Positions 23,866 to 33,190 are shown, counted from the first letter of the stretch. The stretch is DNA of 64,000 nucleotides from an uncultured Actinomycetes bacterium (GCA_963725665.1 CAVRZA010000006.1:160001-224000); one strand, 5' to 3'. Numbers and translations are program-made. The notes: a model not told the origin generated them from the sequence alone.

Positions 23866-25884
23866 TCAGAGCGTGATGGGCCGCGCCAGTCGCGGACTCC
23901 CCATGTGATTGAACGCGCACAGGTGCTTCCGGCGGCGACCCACGACCAGGCCGGGAGCCACCAGCAGCGCACCGATCGCCACAGCCGCAAGCCCACCGGT
24001 GAGCCACAGGGGCCGGCGGGGCGAGCCGCCTGCGGCGCTCCCCCCGCCGGCCCCCGTCGTGCCACCGCTCGGTACCGAGCCCACGCGCACGCCGACCACG
24101 GCCACGGCCCCCGACGACGCCTGCCCGGTCGCGCTGCCGGTTGGCGGACCCGAAAGACTCTGAGTGGCACCTTGGCCGCCGGCCGCGGTCCCACCGCCTG
24201 AGGTCTGCCCTGCCCCCGACCCGGCCCCGGTGCCGGTACCGGATCCCCCACCGGAACCCGATCCCGACCCGGATCCCGCACCCGAGCCACCGATGCCGCC
24301 GACGTCGAGCGAGCCGCTTCCCGGCGTGTTACCCGTCCCTGTCGCTGCCCCGCCGTGGCCGTCCTTTCCCTTAGCGGTCGCCGACCGGTAGGTGATGGTG
24401 AGGTCGTACAGGGTCGGGGTCAACCCACGATCGCTCGTCGTGAGCGAGACCGTGTACTTAAGCTTCGTGTCCGTGAAACCCGTGGGGAACTTGTAGACTC
24501 CCGCACCGCCACTGAGGGCCACTCCGGAGGCGCCCTGCGGACGCCAGACGCCGTCGGATCCCGCGTACCAGAGCCTCAGGCTCGTGCCCGCCGGCACGTC
24601 GGCGTTCCAGTGCAGCGCGAGGAACCGCTTACCTTGCTTGGGACGCCCGCAGTCGATCCAGCGCGAGTCCATCTTGGCGCCGCCGTTGTTGCCGAGCAGC
24701 GCCACCGTGCGTGTGGCCCGGTCGCAGAGCAGGAGCGCACCGTCGGCCGCTCGCGGCGTACCACTCGCATCGGGCGCCTTGCCGCTGATGGCCTCGGCGG
24801 CGCTCGGGTCGTCGAGGCTGCCGCCTACCGGCGGGTACTCCCAGAGGATGCTCGAGGCTGTCCAGCCGTGCAGGTCGCCGTTGATACGGTAGTCGCCGCT
24901 GCGTACGGCGATGACCCTGTGGTTGCCGCCGTCGACGATGAGCGTCCGGTCGTTCGACAGCCGGACGGCGCCCGCGGGTGTGTCGAGGTAGCCCGGCGCC
25001 GAGCCGGGGCTGCCGGCGACGCCGTACTGCCAGCGGAGCGCTCCGGCGGAGTCCACCGCGAATACGCGATGCTGGCCGGCGTCGGTGATGAGAGTGACGC
25101 CGCCGGCGTGCCGCTGCGCCTGGACGGGCCGCAGCAGCCCGCCCGGCGCCGAGTCGGCGGACAATTCCCAGACGACGCCGCCGCCCGAGCCGCCCGTGAC
25201 GAGGTTCGCCGACCAGCTCACCTCGACGACGCGCGGCGCCCCCGCGGCGGCGTCGGCGATGAGGACCGTCGGCGCCCCGCCGGTGCCCTGGGGCACGTAC
25301 TCTGCGCACACGGGCTGGAGCAGATGACCGGGTGAGGCACCAGGCTCGCCGGTCACCCCGTACTGCCAGACGATCTCCTTGGTCTCGTAGGACACGGCAA
25401 AGACGCGATCAGCGCCAGGGTCGGCGATGAGGACGTAAGAGCTCGAGCCGACGACGATCCGCCGCGCCCAGCAGGGAGCGCTCAAGCCGGGGCCCGCGTA
25501 CGACCAGACGACCCGTGTGAGGGTCTGCGACGAGCCGTCCTCGCCCAGGACCAGCACGCTGGCGCCGCACGTGAGCAGCACGTCTCCGACGCCGGCCCAG
25601 GCGACCGAGCGTACCGCGCCGGCGCTCGCGCCCTCGGACGGCACCTGCGCCGACCAGATGGGCCCGCGTTCGCCGATTCGCAGCGACTGGTCGGCGGCGT
25701 CGGCGCGGTACTGGGTGACGACATCGAGACCGGATGCTTCGTCCCTCGAGCGATGGGCGAAGTCAAAGGAGTGGCCGGGCACGCCGAGCCTGTAGGAGAC
25801 GAGGTCGGCGGCCCCAGCCACCGAGACGCAGGTCAGCGCGAGGACGACCGCAAGGAGGAGACACGTGAGGACCCGTACCCTCAC
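23866..25884 (-). CDS. Exported beta-propeller (NHL-like repeat) protein with Gly/Ser linker and C-terminal membrane anchor
   Basis: Signal peptide; repeats LIAD...RV(F)AV...WQYGV-G-PG--PG-L--P; GSGSGSG linker; C-terminal TM then RRRK. Confidence 0.75.
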   Translation of the reverse strand: MRVRVLTCLLLAVVLALTCVSVAGAADLVSYRLGVPGHSFDFAHRSRDEASGLDVVTQYRADAADQSLRIGERGPIWSAQVPSEGASAGAVRSVAWAGVGDVLLTCGASVLVLGEDGSSQTLTRVVWSYAGPGLSAPCWARRIVVGSSSYVLIADPGADRVFAVSYETKEIVWQYGVTGEPGASPGHLLQPVCAEYVPQGTGGAPTVLIADAAAGAPRVVEVSWSANLVTGGSGGGVVWELSADSAPGGLLRPVQAQRHAGGVTLITDAGQHRVFAVDSAGALRWQYGVAGSPGSAPGYLDTPAGAVRLSNDRTLIVDGGNHRVIAVRSGDYRINGDLHGWTASSILWEYPPVGGSLDDPSAAEAISGKAPDASGTPRAADGALLLCDRATRTVALLGNNGGAKMDSRWIDCGRPKQGKRFLALHWNADVPAGTSLRLWYAGSDGVWRPQGASGVALSGGAGVYKFPTGFTDTKLKYTVSLTTSDRGLTPTLYDLTITYRSATAKGKDGHGGAATGTGNTPGSGSLDVGGIGGSGAGSGSGSGSGGGSGTGTGAGSGAGQTSGGGTAAGGQGATQSLSGPPTGSATGQASSGAVAVVGVRVGSVPSGGTTGAGGGSAAGGSPRRPLWLTGGLAAVAIGALLVAPGLVVGRRRKHLCAFNHMGSPRLARPITL

Positions 25885-26969
25885 GGCCTCTCCTCTATCA
25901 CATGGACCGCCTCGACCGGGATCTCGAGCGTCACCGGCGCCCCTACCGACAGCGCGCTGTCGGCCGCGTAGGCCCGCGGTAGAAACGCCACGAGGCCGGC
26001 GGCGTCAAGCTCCACAAGCCAGCCCGTGGAGGTGGAGCGCAGGCCGGCGACGCGAGCGCTTACGAGGTTCCTACTCGAGACGTCCGCCGCCTCCGATGCC
26101 CTCACTACGATGCGGTCGGCGCGCACGACGACCGTCACCGGCCCGCGTGCTGGACACGCGGCGTCGAGCGTGAGCCCACCCGTCAGCCTCACCCGGCAGC
26201 CGCCGCCGTTGGCCTCCGCCACCGCCGGGAGGACGTTGCGCGCTCCCGTGAGACGGGCCACGGCAGCGCTGGCCGGACGGTCGAGAATGTCGTCTGCGGT
26301 ACCCGACTGGGCGACGAGGCCGTCGACGAGCGCGACGCAGCGCGGCGCGACGGCGACGGCCTCGTCGAGACTGTGTGTCACGTGAAGCACGGTGAGACCG
26401 AAGCGCTGGTGGACGGAGCGCAGCTCGTCCTGAAGCTCCTCGCGCGCCCGCTGGTCGAGGGCGCTCAGGGGCTCGTCGAGCAGCAACGCGTGCGGCTGCA
26501 CGGCGAGCGCCCTTGCCAGCGCGACGCGCTGCCGCTCGCCGCCCGACAGCGTCTGCGGCTTGCGCGTCAGGGACTGATCGATCCCCAGAGCCTCGGCCAA
26601 GGCGCGCACGGCGGCGCTGTCGCGCCGCCGTCTGGACCAGGGTAGGAAGCGCCTGAGACCACGATCGCGACGCACTTCGCCGCCGAAGGCGATGTTGCCG
26701 GCGATGTCGAGGTGCGGAAAGAGCAGGGCATCCTGCCCGACGAGACCGACGCCGCGCCGCTCGGGCGGCAGCGACGTGACCTCACGGCCAGCGATCGTCA
26801 ACCGGCCCGCAGCGACGCCGCGCAGGCCGGCGATCGTCTCGAGGAGCACGCTCTTGCCGGCGCCGCTGCGCCCCACAACGGCCACGTACTCGCCGTCGCC
26901 GACCTCGAGGTCGAGGGGACCCAGCGTGAAACCCCCCGCAGAGACCACGACTGCCTCGGCGCGGATCAC
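25881..26969 (-). CDS. wtpC: Tungstate/molybdate ABC transporter ATPase (WtpC/ModC-like)
   Basis: GRSGAGKS, LPPERRGVG, LSGGERQRVALARAL, LLLDEP, HVTH; C-terminal TOBE-like region. Confidence 0.85.
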   Translation of the reverse strand: MIRAEAVVVSAGGFTLGPLDLEVGDGEYVAVVGRSGAGKSVLLETIAGLRGVAAGRLTIAGREVTSLPPERRGVGLVGQDALLFPHLDIAGNIAFGGEVRRDRGLRRFLPWSRRRRDSAAVRALAEALGIDQSLTRKPQTLSGGERQRVALARALAVQPHALLLDEPLSALDQRAREELQDELRSVHQRFGLTVLHVTHSLDEAVAVAPRCVALVDGLVAQSGTADDILDRPASAAVARLTGARNVLPAVAEANGGGCRVRLTGGLTLDAACPARGPVTVVVRADRIVVRASEAADVSSRNLVSARVAGLRSTSTGWLVELDAAGLVAFLPRAYAADSALSVGAPVTLEIPVEAVHVIEERP

Positions 26970-27808
26970 GGCGAGCTCCTATTCCCCAGCACCAGGCGCA
27001 CCGCGATGAAGACGGCCAACGCGACGAGAACAATGAGCAGCGCCACCGGTTGGGCCGCCTCGAGGCCGAAACCTTCGAAGCGCTCGAACACGAGCACCGG
27101 CACGGTCTTCGGGTTGTAGGCCAGGATCACGACCGCGCCGAACTCACTCATTCCTCGTGCCCACATGAGCAGCGCCCCGGCCAGCACGCCGCGACCGGCC
27201 AGCGGCAGCGCCACGCGCGCGAAGGCGACGCCCTGGGAGGCGCCCAGCGTACGCGCGAGTTGCTCGTAGCGCGGATCAACCAGCGCGAACGCCTCGCGCG
27301 CGGTGTCGACCAGGAACGGGAGGCTGACGAAGAGCATGGCGACCGCGATGCCGGCCAGGGTATCGGTGAACGTCACGCCGAGATGCGCGAAACCCCTCCC
27401 CAGCACTCCCGTACGGCCGAACACCAGCAGAAGGGCGATGCCGGCCGCCGTGTGCGGGAACACGATCGGCAGGTCGATGATGGCCTCGACGAGACGCTTG
27501 CCGGCGAACGAGCGCCGCGCCAGCACATAAGCGAGGGGCACGCCGCCGATCGTCGCCAGCCCGGTCGCGATCAGAGCCGCCTCCAGCGTGACGATGAGTG
27601 CGTCTCGCACGTCGGCCTCGCGCGCCGCCTGCATCAGGTCGCCGAAGCCGGTGCGGGCTACGAGCGAGACGAGCGGCGCGGCCAGGAACACGAGCACGAC
27701 GAGGCCGAGCGCCCAGGCGACGATGGTGAAGACGGCGGGACGCCGGCGGGGCCGGCCGGCCCCGCCGGCGTCCCGCGCCTGCATGGTCCGCGTCTCGTTC
27801 CCCCTCAC
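26966..27808 (-). CDS. wtpB: Tungstate/molybdate ABC transporter permease (WtpB/ModB-like)
   Basis: GVPLAYVLAR, IIDLPIVFPHTAAGIALL, MLFVSLPF, ARTLGAS, WARGMSEFGAV..AYNP. Confidence 0.88.
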   Translation of the reverse strand: MRGNETRTMQARDAGGAGRPRRRPAVFTIVAWALGLVVLVFLAAPLVSLVARTGFGDLMQAAREADVRDALIVTLEAALIATGLATIGGVPLAYVLARRSFAGKRLVEAIIDLPIVFPHTAAGIALLLVFGRTGVLGRGFAHLGVTFTDTLAGIAVAMLFVSLPFLVDTAREAFALVDPRYEQLARTLGASQGVAFARVALPLAGRGVLAGALLMWARGMSEFGAVVILAYNPKTVPVLVFERFEGFGLEAAQPVALLIVLVALAVFIAVRLVLGNRSSP

Positions 27809-28929
27809 GGCGTGGCTCCCACCCGCAGCGGAGCACACAACGGCCGCAGCATGGCCGGCAGCTTGTCCATGTGGTCCACGCGCGCCGGTGTCACCGATGG
27901 CTGGTAGGCCTCGGCGAGGATCCGGCGCCCCTCAGGTCCGAGCAGAAACGCAACGAAACGCTCAGCCTCGGCGTGGTCGGGCGCGTTACGCGGGATCGTC
28001 ACCGCGTAGGCGATCGGCGCGCCGCCGAACACGGGCTTGACACTCGCGAACCGCTGGAACGCGATGGCGACTGCCACGCGCGCATACGCAGCCGCGTAGC
28101 GTGGCGAACCCAGGTCGATCTGCGCTGGCAGGCGGACGAAAGGCAGCTCGTGCTGACGCACGACGCTCTCGTACTCGAATGCGCAGTCGAGGTCGCCCGA
28201 TTCCAGCAGGGCCACAAGCTGGATGCTCGCCCCGCGGAGCACGAGTCCCGAGCCGGCGACCCCCTGCAGCAACTCGGGCACGTCGATCACGTTGACGCCG
28301 TCCTTGCCCGTTACCGTCACCGGCGGAGTGAAACGTCCGACGGTGAGATCCTCGAAGAGATGGTCGTCGCGGTACTGTCGCTCGGCAAGCTGCAGGACCA
28401 TCAAAGCACGGTAGCCGGCGGCGTCGAAGCGCGGGTCGGCCAAGCCGAAGCGCACGCCCTGCGTGGTGACAGCCTTGACCCAGTCGCCCGAGCGGAAGAG
28501 CGGCGCGAAGCGGCTGGCCGGCGAGTAGGCGAGTACCATGCGGTTCGTCGCGAACACGGCATACCAGTCAGCCGTCGGTGTCGCCCCACCGCTACCCGCC
28601 GGGTCCTCCATCAGCACCGTGATCAGGGCCGCGTCGGCCGAGGCCAGCACGTCGAAGCGCCGATGCAGGTCCGTCACCTGACGGATAACCTGGATGCTGC
28701 CGTGACTCTCGGTCTGCACCTCGGCGCCGGGATGCGCCTTCTCGTACGCTGTGGCCAGGCGGTCGAAGGGGATGATCAGGCTGCCGGCGTCGATGACCGC
28801 GAGCTTGTCGGCCGACGAGGAGCCGCAGCCGCTCGCGACGCTGGCCGCGGCAACCACGGCTGCTGCGGCCAGCGCCGCGAGCGCCGTGAACAGCACTGCA
28901 CGATGGAACGGCCCAGCGACCCGGCTCAC
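27805..28929 (-). CDS. wtpA: WtpA-family tungstate/molybdate-binding lipoprotein
   Basis: Lipobox ASGC; AGSLIIPF, ESHGSIQVIRQVTDL, DVLASAD, FATNRMVLAYS, DAAGYR, LLESGDLD.AFEYESV..QH; start uncertain (ORF open to 29040). Confidence 0.85.
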   Translation of the reverse strand: MSRVAGPFHRAVLFTALAALAAAAVVAAASVASGCGSSSADKLAVIDAGSLIIPFDRLATAYEKAHPGAEVQTESHGSIQVIRQVTDLHRRFDVLASADAALITVLMEDPAGSGGATPTADWYAVFATNRMVLAYSPASRFAPLFRSGDWVKAVTTQGVRFGLADPRFDAAGYRALMVLQLAERQYRDDHLFEDLTVGRFTPPVTVTGKDGVNVIDVPELLQGVAGSGLVLRGASIQLVALLESGDLDCAFEYESVVRQHELPFVRLPAQIDLGSPRYAAAYARVAVAIAFQRFASVKPVFGGAPIAYAVTIPRNAPDHAEAERFVAFLLGPEGRRILAEAYQPSVTPARVDHMDKLPAMLRPLCAPLRVGATP

Positions 28930-28951
28930 GACCGGCGGGATGCCACGCGGC

Positions 28952-29007
28952 GCCGACCCGACGGCGCGTGCCGACCCGACGGCGCGTGCCGACCCGACGG
29001 CGCGTGC
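28952..29007. repeat. 18-bp tandem repeat x3
   Basis: GCCGACCCGACGGCGCGT, three exact copies. Confidence 0.9.
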
Positions 29008-29047
29008 ACATCCTCTGCGGCGTCTGCCCCAAGGGCCCACGGCGGCC

Positions 29048-30061
29048 TCACTCGATCCTCAGCAGAACCTTTGTGATACGGCCGATCGCCAGGTCGTCGG
29101 TCAGCCCGGGCCCCACGAGCCGCAGCGGGAAGTCCTGTGGGGGAAGCTCGCCGCCGTCGACCTTGCCGGCAAGCAGAACATCCTTGTGCTTCATGACGAA
29201 GCGGGAGCTCAGGAACGCCTTGGCCCCGGTGGAGCCGATCAGCTCGATGGTGTAGTCGCGTGCCGCCAGCTTGCGGTTGAACGCGCCGGCCCCGTGGGTG
29301 TGGCCGTCGTCAACCGAGCCCACGACGAGCCAAAGAGGGATGCCCTCCCAACGCTGGCCCTCGGAGTCGACCCACCCCGAGCCGTGGCAGCCGGGCGACG
29401 CGCAAGAGACGTACGAGGCACGCGTGATGGTAGAACGCGTCTTGCCTTCGATCGAGGCGCTCCACTCGCCCATGGCGCGCTTGACCTCGATGCGATCGAC
29501 CAGCTTGACCGACCAATGGCCGTCGACCACGACGTCAGGCCCCTTCTCGGCCAGAACGAGGCGCAGCGGACCCTCGTCGGGTGATAGTGGCTTGCCCTCG
29601 TGCGCGTAGGCGATGAGCAGCGTGAGCTCGTCGACCGGCGGACGTTCGGCGCTCGTGGCGGGATCGAACGTGGTGAACCCGGCCCCTGCCACCTGACCGT
29701 TGGAGAACGTCATCCCGTAGCCGTCCTTGGCCAGGACGGTGACACCCTCAGCGGAGCCGACCCCGCCGACCGCCTCCACGAGCGACTGAAGGGGGACGCC
29801 GGTGTACTCCTGTGGCGCGGTGATAACCCCCACACTGCTCTTCATGCCGGCGTACCCGGTGAACGAGGGCAGCTGCCGCAACTGAGCCATGGAGTAGGTC
29901 ATGGTGCGCTCGCCGCCCACGACCGTGAGCGCGGTCGGCCCGGCGACGCTGGTCGCGCTGCTCCCGGGGCTCGACTGTCCGGACGCGCAACCGATGACTC
30001 CCAGCACAGTGAGGACGATCACGACGGCGAGACCGCCGAAAGTGTACCTGCGAGCAAGCAT
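29048..30061 (-). CDS. Lipoprotein with two sulfite-oxidase-like molybdopterin-binding (Oxidored_molyb-like) domains
   Basis: Lipobox VIGC; YTGVPL..L, V.AKDGY...F, AYAHEGKPL...GPLRL, WSVKLVDRIEV; second domain WEGIPLW...LAGKVDG..L...FPLRLVG. Confidence 0.7.
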   Translation of the reverse strand: MLARRYTFGGLAVVIVLTVLGVIGCASGQSSPGSSATSVAGPTALTVVGGERTMTYSMAQLRQLPSFTGYAGMKSSVGVITAPQEYTGVPLQSLVEAVGGVGSAEGVTVLAKDGYGMTFSNGQVAGAGFTTFDPATSAERPPVDELTLLIAYAHEGKPLSPDEGPLRLVLAEKGPDVVVDGHWSVKLVDRIEVKRAMGEWSASIEGKTRSTITRASYVSCASPGCHGSGWVDSEGQRWEGIPLWLVVGSVDDGHTHGAGAFNRKLAARDYTIELIGSTGAKAFLSSRFVMKHKDVLLAGKVDGGELPPQDFPLRLVGPGLTDDLAIGRITKVLLRIE

Positions 30062-30163
30062 CGCCGACCCCTCCTCGGCAGCCATCTTGCGGCGGCTTCG
30101 GGCGGGCGGCGCCTCCCGGCGCCGCCCGCCCGCCGCACCTACCATCCCGGAGACCGGGATCTC

Positions 30164-31222
30164 TCAGAGACGGGGCAGAAGCTGGATCTTGGTGACGCGA
30201 CCGATCCACTGCGAGCTAGACAGTTTCGGTCCGACCAACTTCAATGGGTAGCTGGAGGTCAGCTCCTTGCCGTCGAGCTTGTTGGCCAGGATGAGGCGCT
30301 CCTTGTTGATGATGAAGCGCGACTTCATGATCACCGAGCGGCCGACGGCGTTGGCGACCTTGATGCGGTAGCCGCGCAGGGCGAGCGCCTCGTTGAAGGC
30401 GCCGTAGCCGCCGTGACCCTTGCCCCCGTCGACCTTGCCGATGCAGAGGAAGAACGGCACGCCGGTCCAGACGCGCCCCTTGGCGTCCTTGTAGCTCGCG
30501 CCGTGGCAGCCTGGCGCGGCACACGACAGGAACGACTCGCGGTCGAGCGTGTAGGTCTGCCGTGTGTGGTTCTTGCGCCACAGGCCGTACATGCGCACCT
30601 TCCAGTCGGGAAGCTGCTGACCGATCTGGATGCTGCCAACCCACTTCACGAGCAGGTGGCCGTCGACAACCTGACCCGACGACGTCTGCGCGACGAAGAT
30701 GCGCAGAGGGCCGTCGCCGCTGGGCGGCCCGGGGATGGGCAGATAGCCAGGGCCCTGCCCGTAACCGACCACCATGGTAAACGGCTGGGTCGGCGTGACT
30801 TGGTCGCCGGTTGCCGGATCGTAAGCCGTCCAGGCGCCGTTCACGGCCTGGTCGTGCGTGTAGGTCATACCGTAGTTGTCGGTGCCCAGGACGGTGACCC
30901 CGTCGGTAGGTCCGATCCCGCCGACGAGCGTGGCCAGGTCGCCGATCGAGACGCCCTTGATGGGGTCGGGCCCGAATATGTTGCCGGCGCTGTTCTTGAA
31001 GCCGGCGAAGCCCTCGTAGGGCGTGAGGGCCTGGAGCTGCGTCATGGTGAGCTGCACCTGCGTGCCGGTCGGACCGGTCACGGTGAGGACCGGAGCCTCG
31101 TCGGCCCGGGCGACGGCGGGGTGGACGGGCGCAGCCGTCCACCCCGCCGCCACGACCACCGCCAGGAACAGGATCAGGGCGAGGATGGGCGCTGCGGCCT
31201 GCGGCCGTAGCGCCCATCGCAC
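30164..31222 (-). CDS. Exported protein with two molybdopterin-binding-like domains (paralog of 29048-30061)
   Basis: Signal peptide ending ARA; LTMTQLQAL, KGVSIGDL, DNYGMTY, DGPLRI, VVDGHLLVKWVGSI, CAAPGCH, LANKLDG..L..SYPLKLVG; AGGAGG before GTG. Confidence 0.7.
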   Translation of the reverse strand: MRWALRPQAAAPILALILFLAVVVAAGWTAAPVHPAVARADEAPVLTVTGPTGTQVQLTMTQLQALTPYEGFAGFKNSAGNIFGPDPIKGVSIGDLATLVGGIGPTDGVTVLGTDNYGMTYTHDQAVNGAWTAYDPATGDQVTPTQPFTMVVGYGQGPGYLPIPGPPSGDGPLRIFVAQTSSGQVVDGHLLVKWVGSIQIGQQLPDWKVRMYGLWRKNHTRQTYTLDRESFLSCAAPGCHGASYKDAKGRVWTGVPFFLCIGKVDGGKGHGGYGAFNEALALRGYRIKVANAVGRSVIMKSRFIINKERLILANKLDGKELTSSYPLKLVGPKLSSSQWIGRVTKIQLLPRL

Positions 31223-31261
31223 CACCCTCCTTGTGCGTTTCTCAGCCATCACGACCACCGC

Positions 31262-32843
31262 CTAGAAGATGAGTTTGATGGTCACGACCTGAGAGGCCGA
31301 GAGCTTGCCGAAGAACGGCTTGATGAACGACCCCACATAGCGGTACGGGCCCTCGTCGGTCGAGAGCATCGCGCCCCCCTTGAGGCAGGCCACTATCCAG
31401 CCCTTCTTGCCGACGATCGTCTTGCTGCTGATCGTCACCTTGTAGCCGTCACGGGCGATGAACTGGATCTTGTAGCCCTTGAGGGCCCGCGCCTTGTTGA
31501 AGGTGCTCGGGAACTTGTCGTCGACCAGGCCGACCAGCTTGTAGAGCGACTGCCCGCGGTAGACCGCCTTCAGCGTCGGGTTGATGTCGCCGGCCTTGGT
31601 GCCGTCCCAGACCACCCCGCTTGGGAACTTGGCGTAGGTGATCGTGCGCTTCAACTTGCCGTTGAGGGTGAGTTTTGTGGTGTAGTCGGGATAGACCGGC
31701 TTGCCGAGCTCGATGCGCAGCACGCCGGCGGGCTTCTGCTTGCCCGTCAGATTGTCGCTGCAGATCTTGGCCGGCCAGGCCGGCTTCCACGAGTAGGTGC
31801 CGTCGCCGTTGTCGGTGATCGAGGGAATCGGTGCGAGCTGCCCGCCGTCAACGCGATCGGCCAGGACGATGTCGTTCTTGTAGGCCACCTGCATCGACGT
31901 GAGCGCGGCGGTGAAACCGTCGCAACCGACGATCGTCACCGGGTAGTCCATGCCGGCGAGGTTGCGGTTGAAGGTGGCCGCGTCGGAGTCATCGGCCAGC
32001 GCGAGCAGACGCCAGAGCGCCACCCCGGTGTAGGTGTGGTCGTCGCTCGGGTCGTCGGGCGTCTTGTTGTTGTCGACCCAGGAGACCGGGTACTTGGTGG
32101 CCAGCGTGCGCGATCTGCGTGCCGGATTCGTCGACCGACCGCGCCCCGCGGAGCTGCAGCATCCAGGCCCACGGCGATGTGGGCGGCGTGCTCGGCGGCG
32201 TGACGCCGACCGCGTAGACGACGACGCGCGCGATGCCGGCGGGTTTCTGGTTGCCGGGCAGGCTGGCGCTGCACAGCTTGATCGGCCAGGCCGGCTTCCA
32301 CGACGGGAGAGTCGGCGGTGGCCCCGGTGTCCCCGCCTTGATCGTGCCCATCGGCAGCGGCAGTCCGTTGGCGAGATCAGCCACGATGATGTCGTCCTTG
32401 CGTGCGAGTTGGCTGCTCGTGAAGGTGGCCGTGAACCCGTCGAGCCCGATCACCTGGACGGCGTAATCCTTGGCCGCCAGAGTGTCGTTGAACGAGCCCG
32501 GTGTCGCGTCATCGATCCGCGCGATGAGGCGCCAGAGCGGCACGCCGCTGTAGACGACGTCGTCGCTGGGATCGTCCGGCGTCTTGTTGTCGTCGGTCCA
32601 GCTCGCCGGGTGCAGGGCCGCCAGCGCGCGCAGCTGCTCGTAGGTCATGCCCTCGCTGCGGGCCGCCCCGCGCAGCTGGACGATCCAGCCGAACCCTTCG
32701 TCGGCGACAGCGCCCGGCGCAGGGCCGGCCGCTGTCGCCACGCGAGGCGCCGCCCCGGCCCCGGCGACGACGATGAGCAGCGTGACGAGCAGCGCCGCCA
32801 GGCAGACGAGGACCAGCCCCGTCCGTGTCTTGTGGTTCCCCAT
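31262..32843 (-). pseudogene. Exported protein with three molybdopterin-binding-like domains, split by a 1-nt frameshift near 32110
   Basis: Domain 1 SWTDDNKTPDDPSDDVVYSGVPLWRL is repeated as SWVDNNKTPDDPSDDHTYTGVALWRL only after a frame change at ATC-G-CGC-ACG; may be a sequencing error. Confidence 0.75.
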
Positions 32844-33075
32844 GGCTCCAGTTCCTCCTTGCTAGCTCGAGAGGACGTGGTGTCGTCCCCCCCTCCCCTC
32901 TGCGTTCTCAGAGGCGCCCGGGCAAGAGCTCCAGTCGAAAGCGTGACGACGCCGAGAGGGGTGCTCCCCGTGCGGAGAAGACGGAGCCGGCCCGAGTCGG
33001 CCGGGCGCGCCGACGCTCTGGCCGGCTGCGGAGGGGACGAAGAGACCCGCTCCACAGGCGGCAGCGGGCCGTGAC

Positions 33076-33190
33076 GGCGCTGCTCTCCTTTCCGCACTGG
33101 GAGACACGGCGCTTTCGCGCTGTACCCTGCCGGCGCAAGCTCCATGGGCCTACCAGGCCTTTAGGACTCAAGCGCTCGGAGAACGACGCC
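33076..33190 (-). ncRNA. Moco RNA motif riboswitch, P3-less (Tuco-type) variant
   Basis: Minus strand GTTCTCCGAGC...CCTAAA-GGCCT-GGT-AGGCC-CATGG...GCCGG-CAGGGT-ACAGCGC-GAAA-GCGCCGT-GTCTCCC-AGTGC-GGAAAGGAGAGC; P1 pairs GTTCTCC/GGAGAGC; lies upstream of Mo/W transport genes. Confidence 0.85.
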
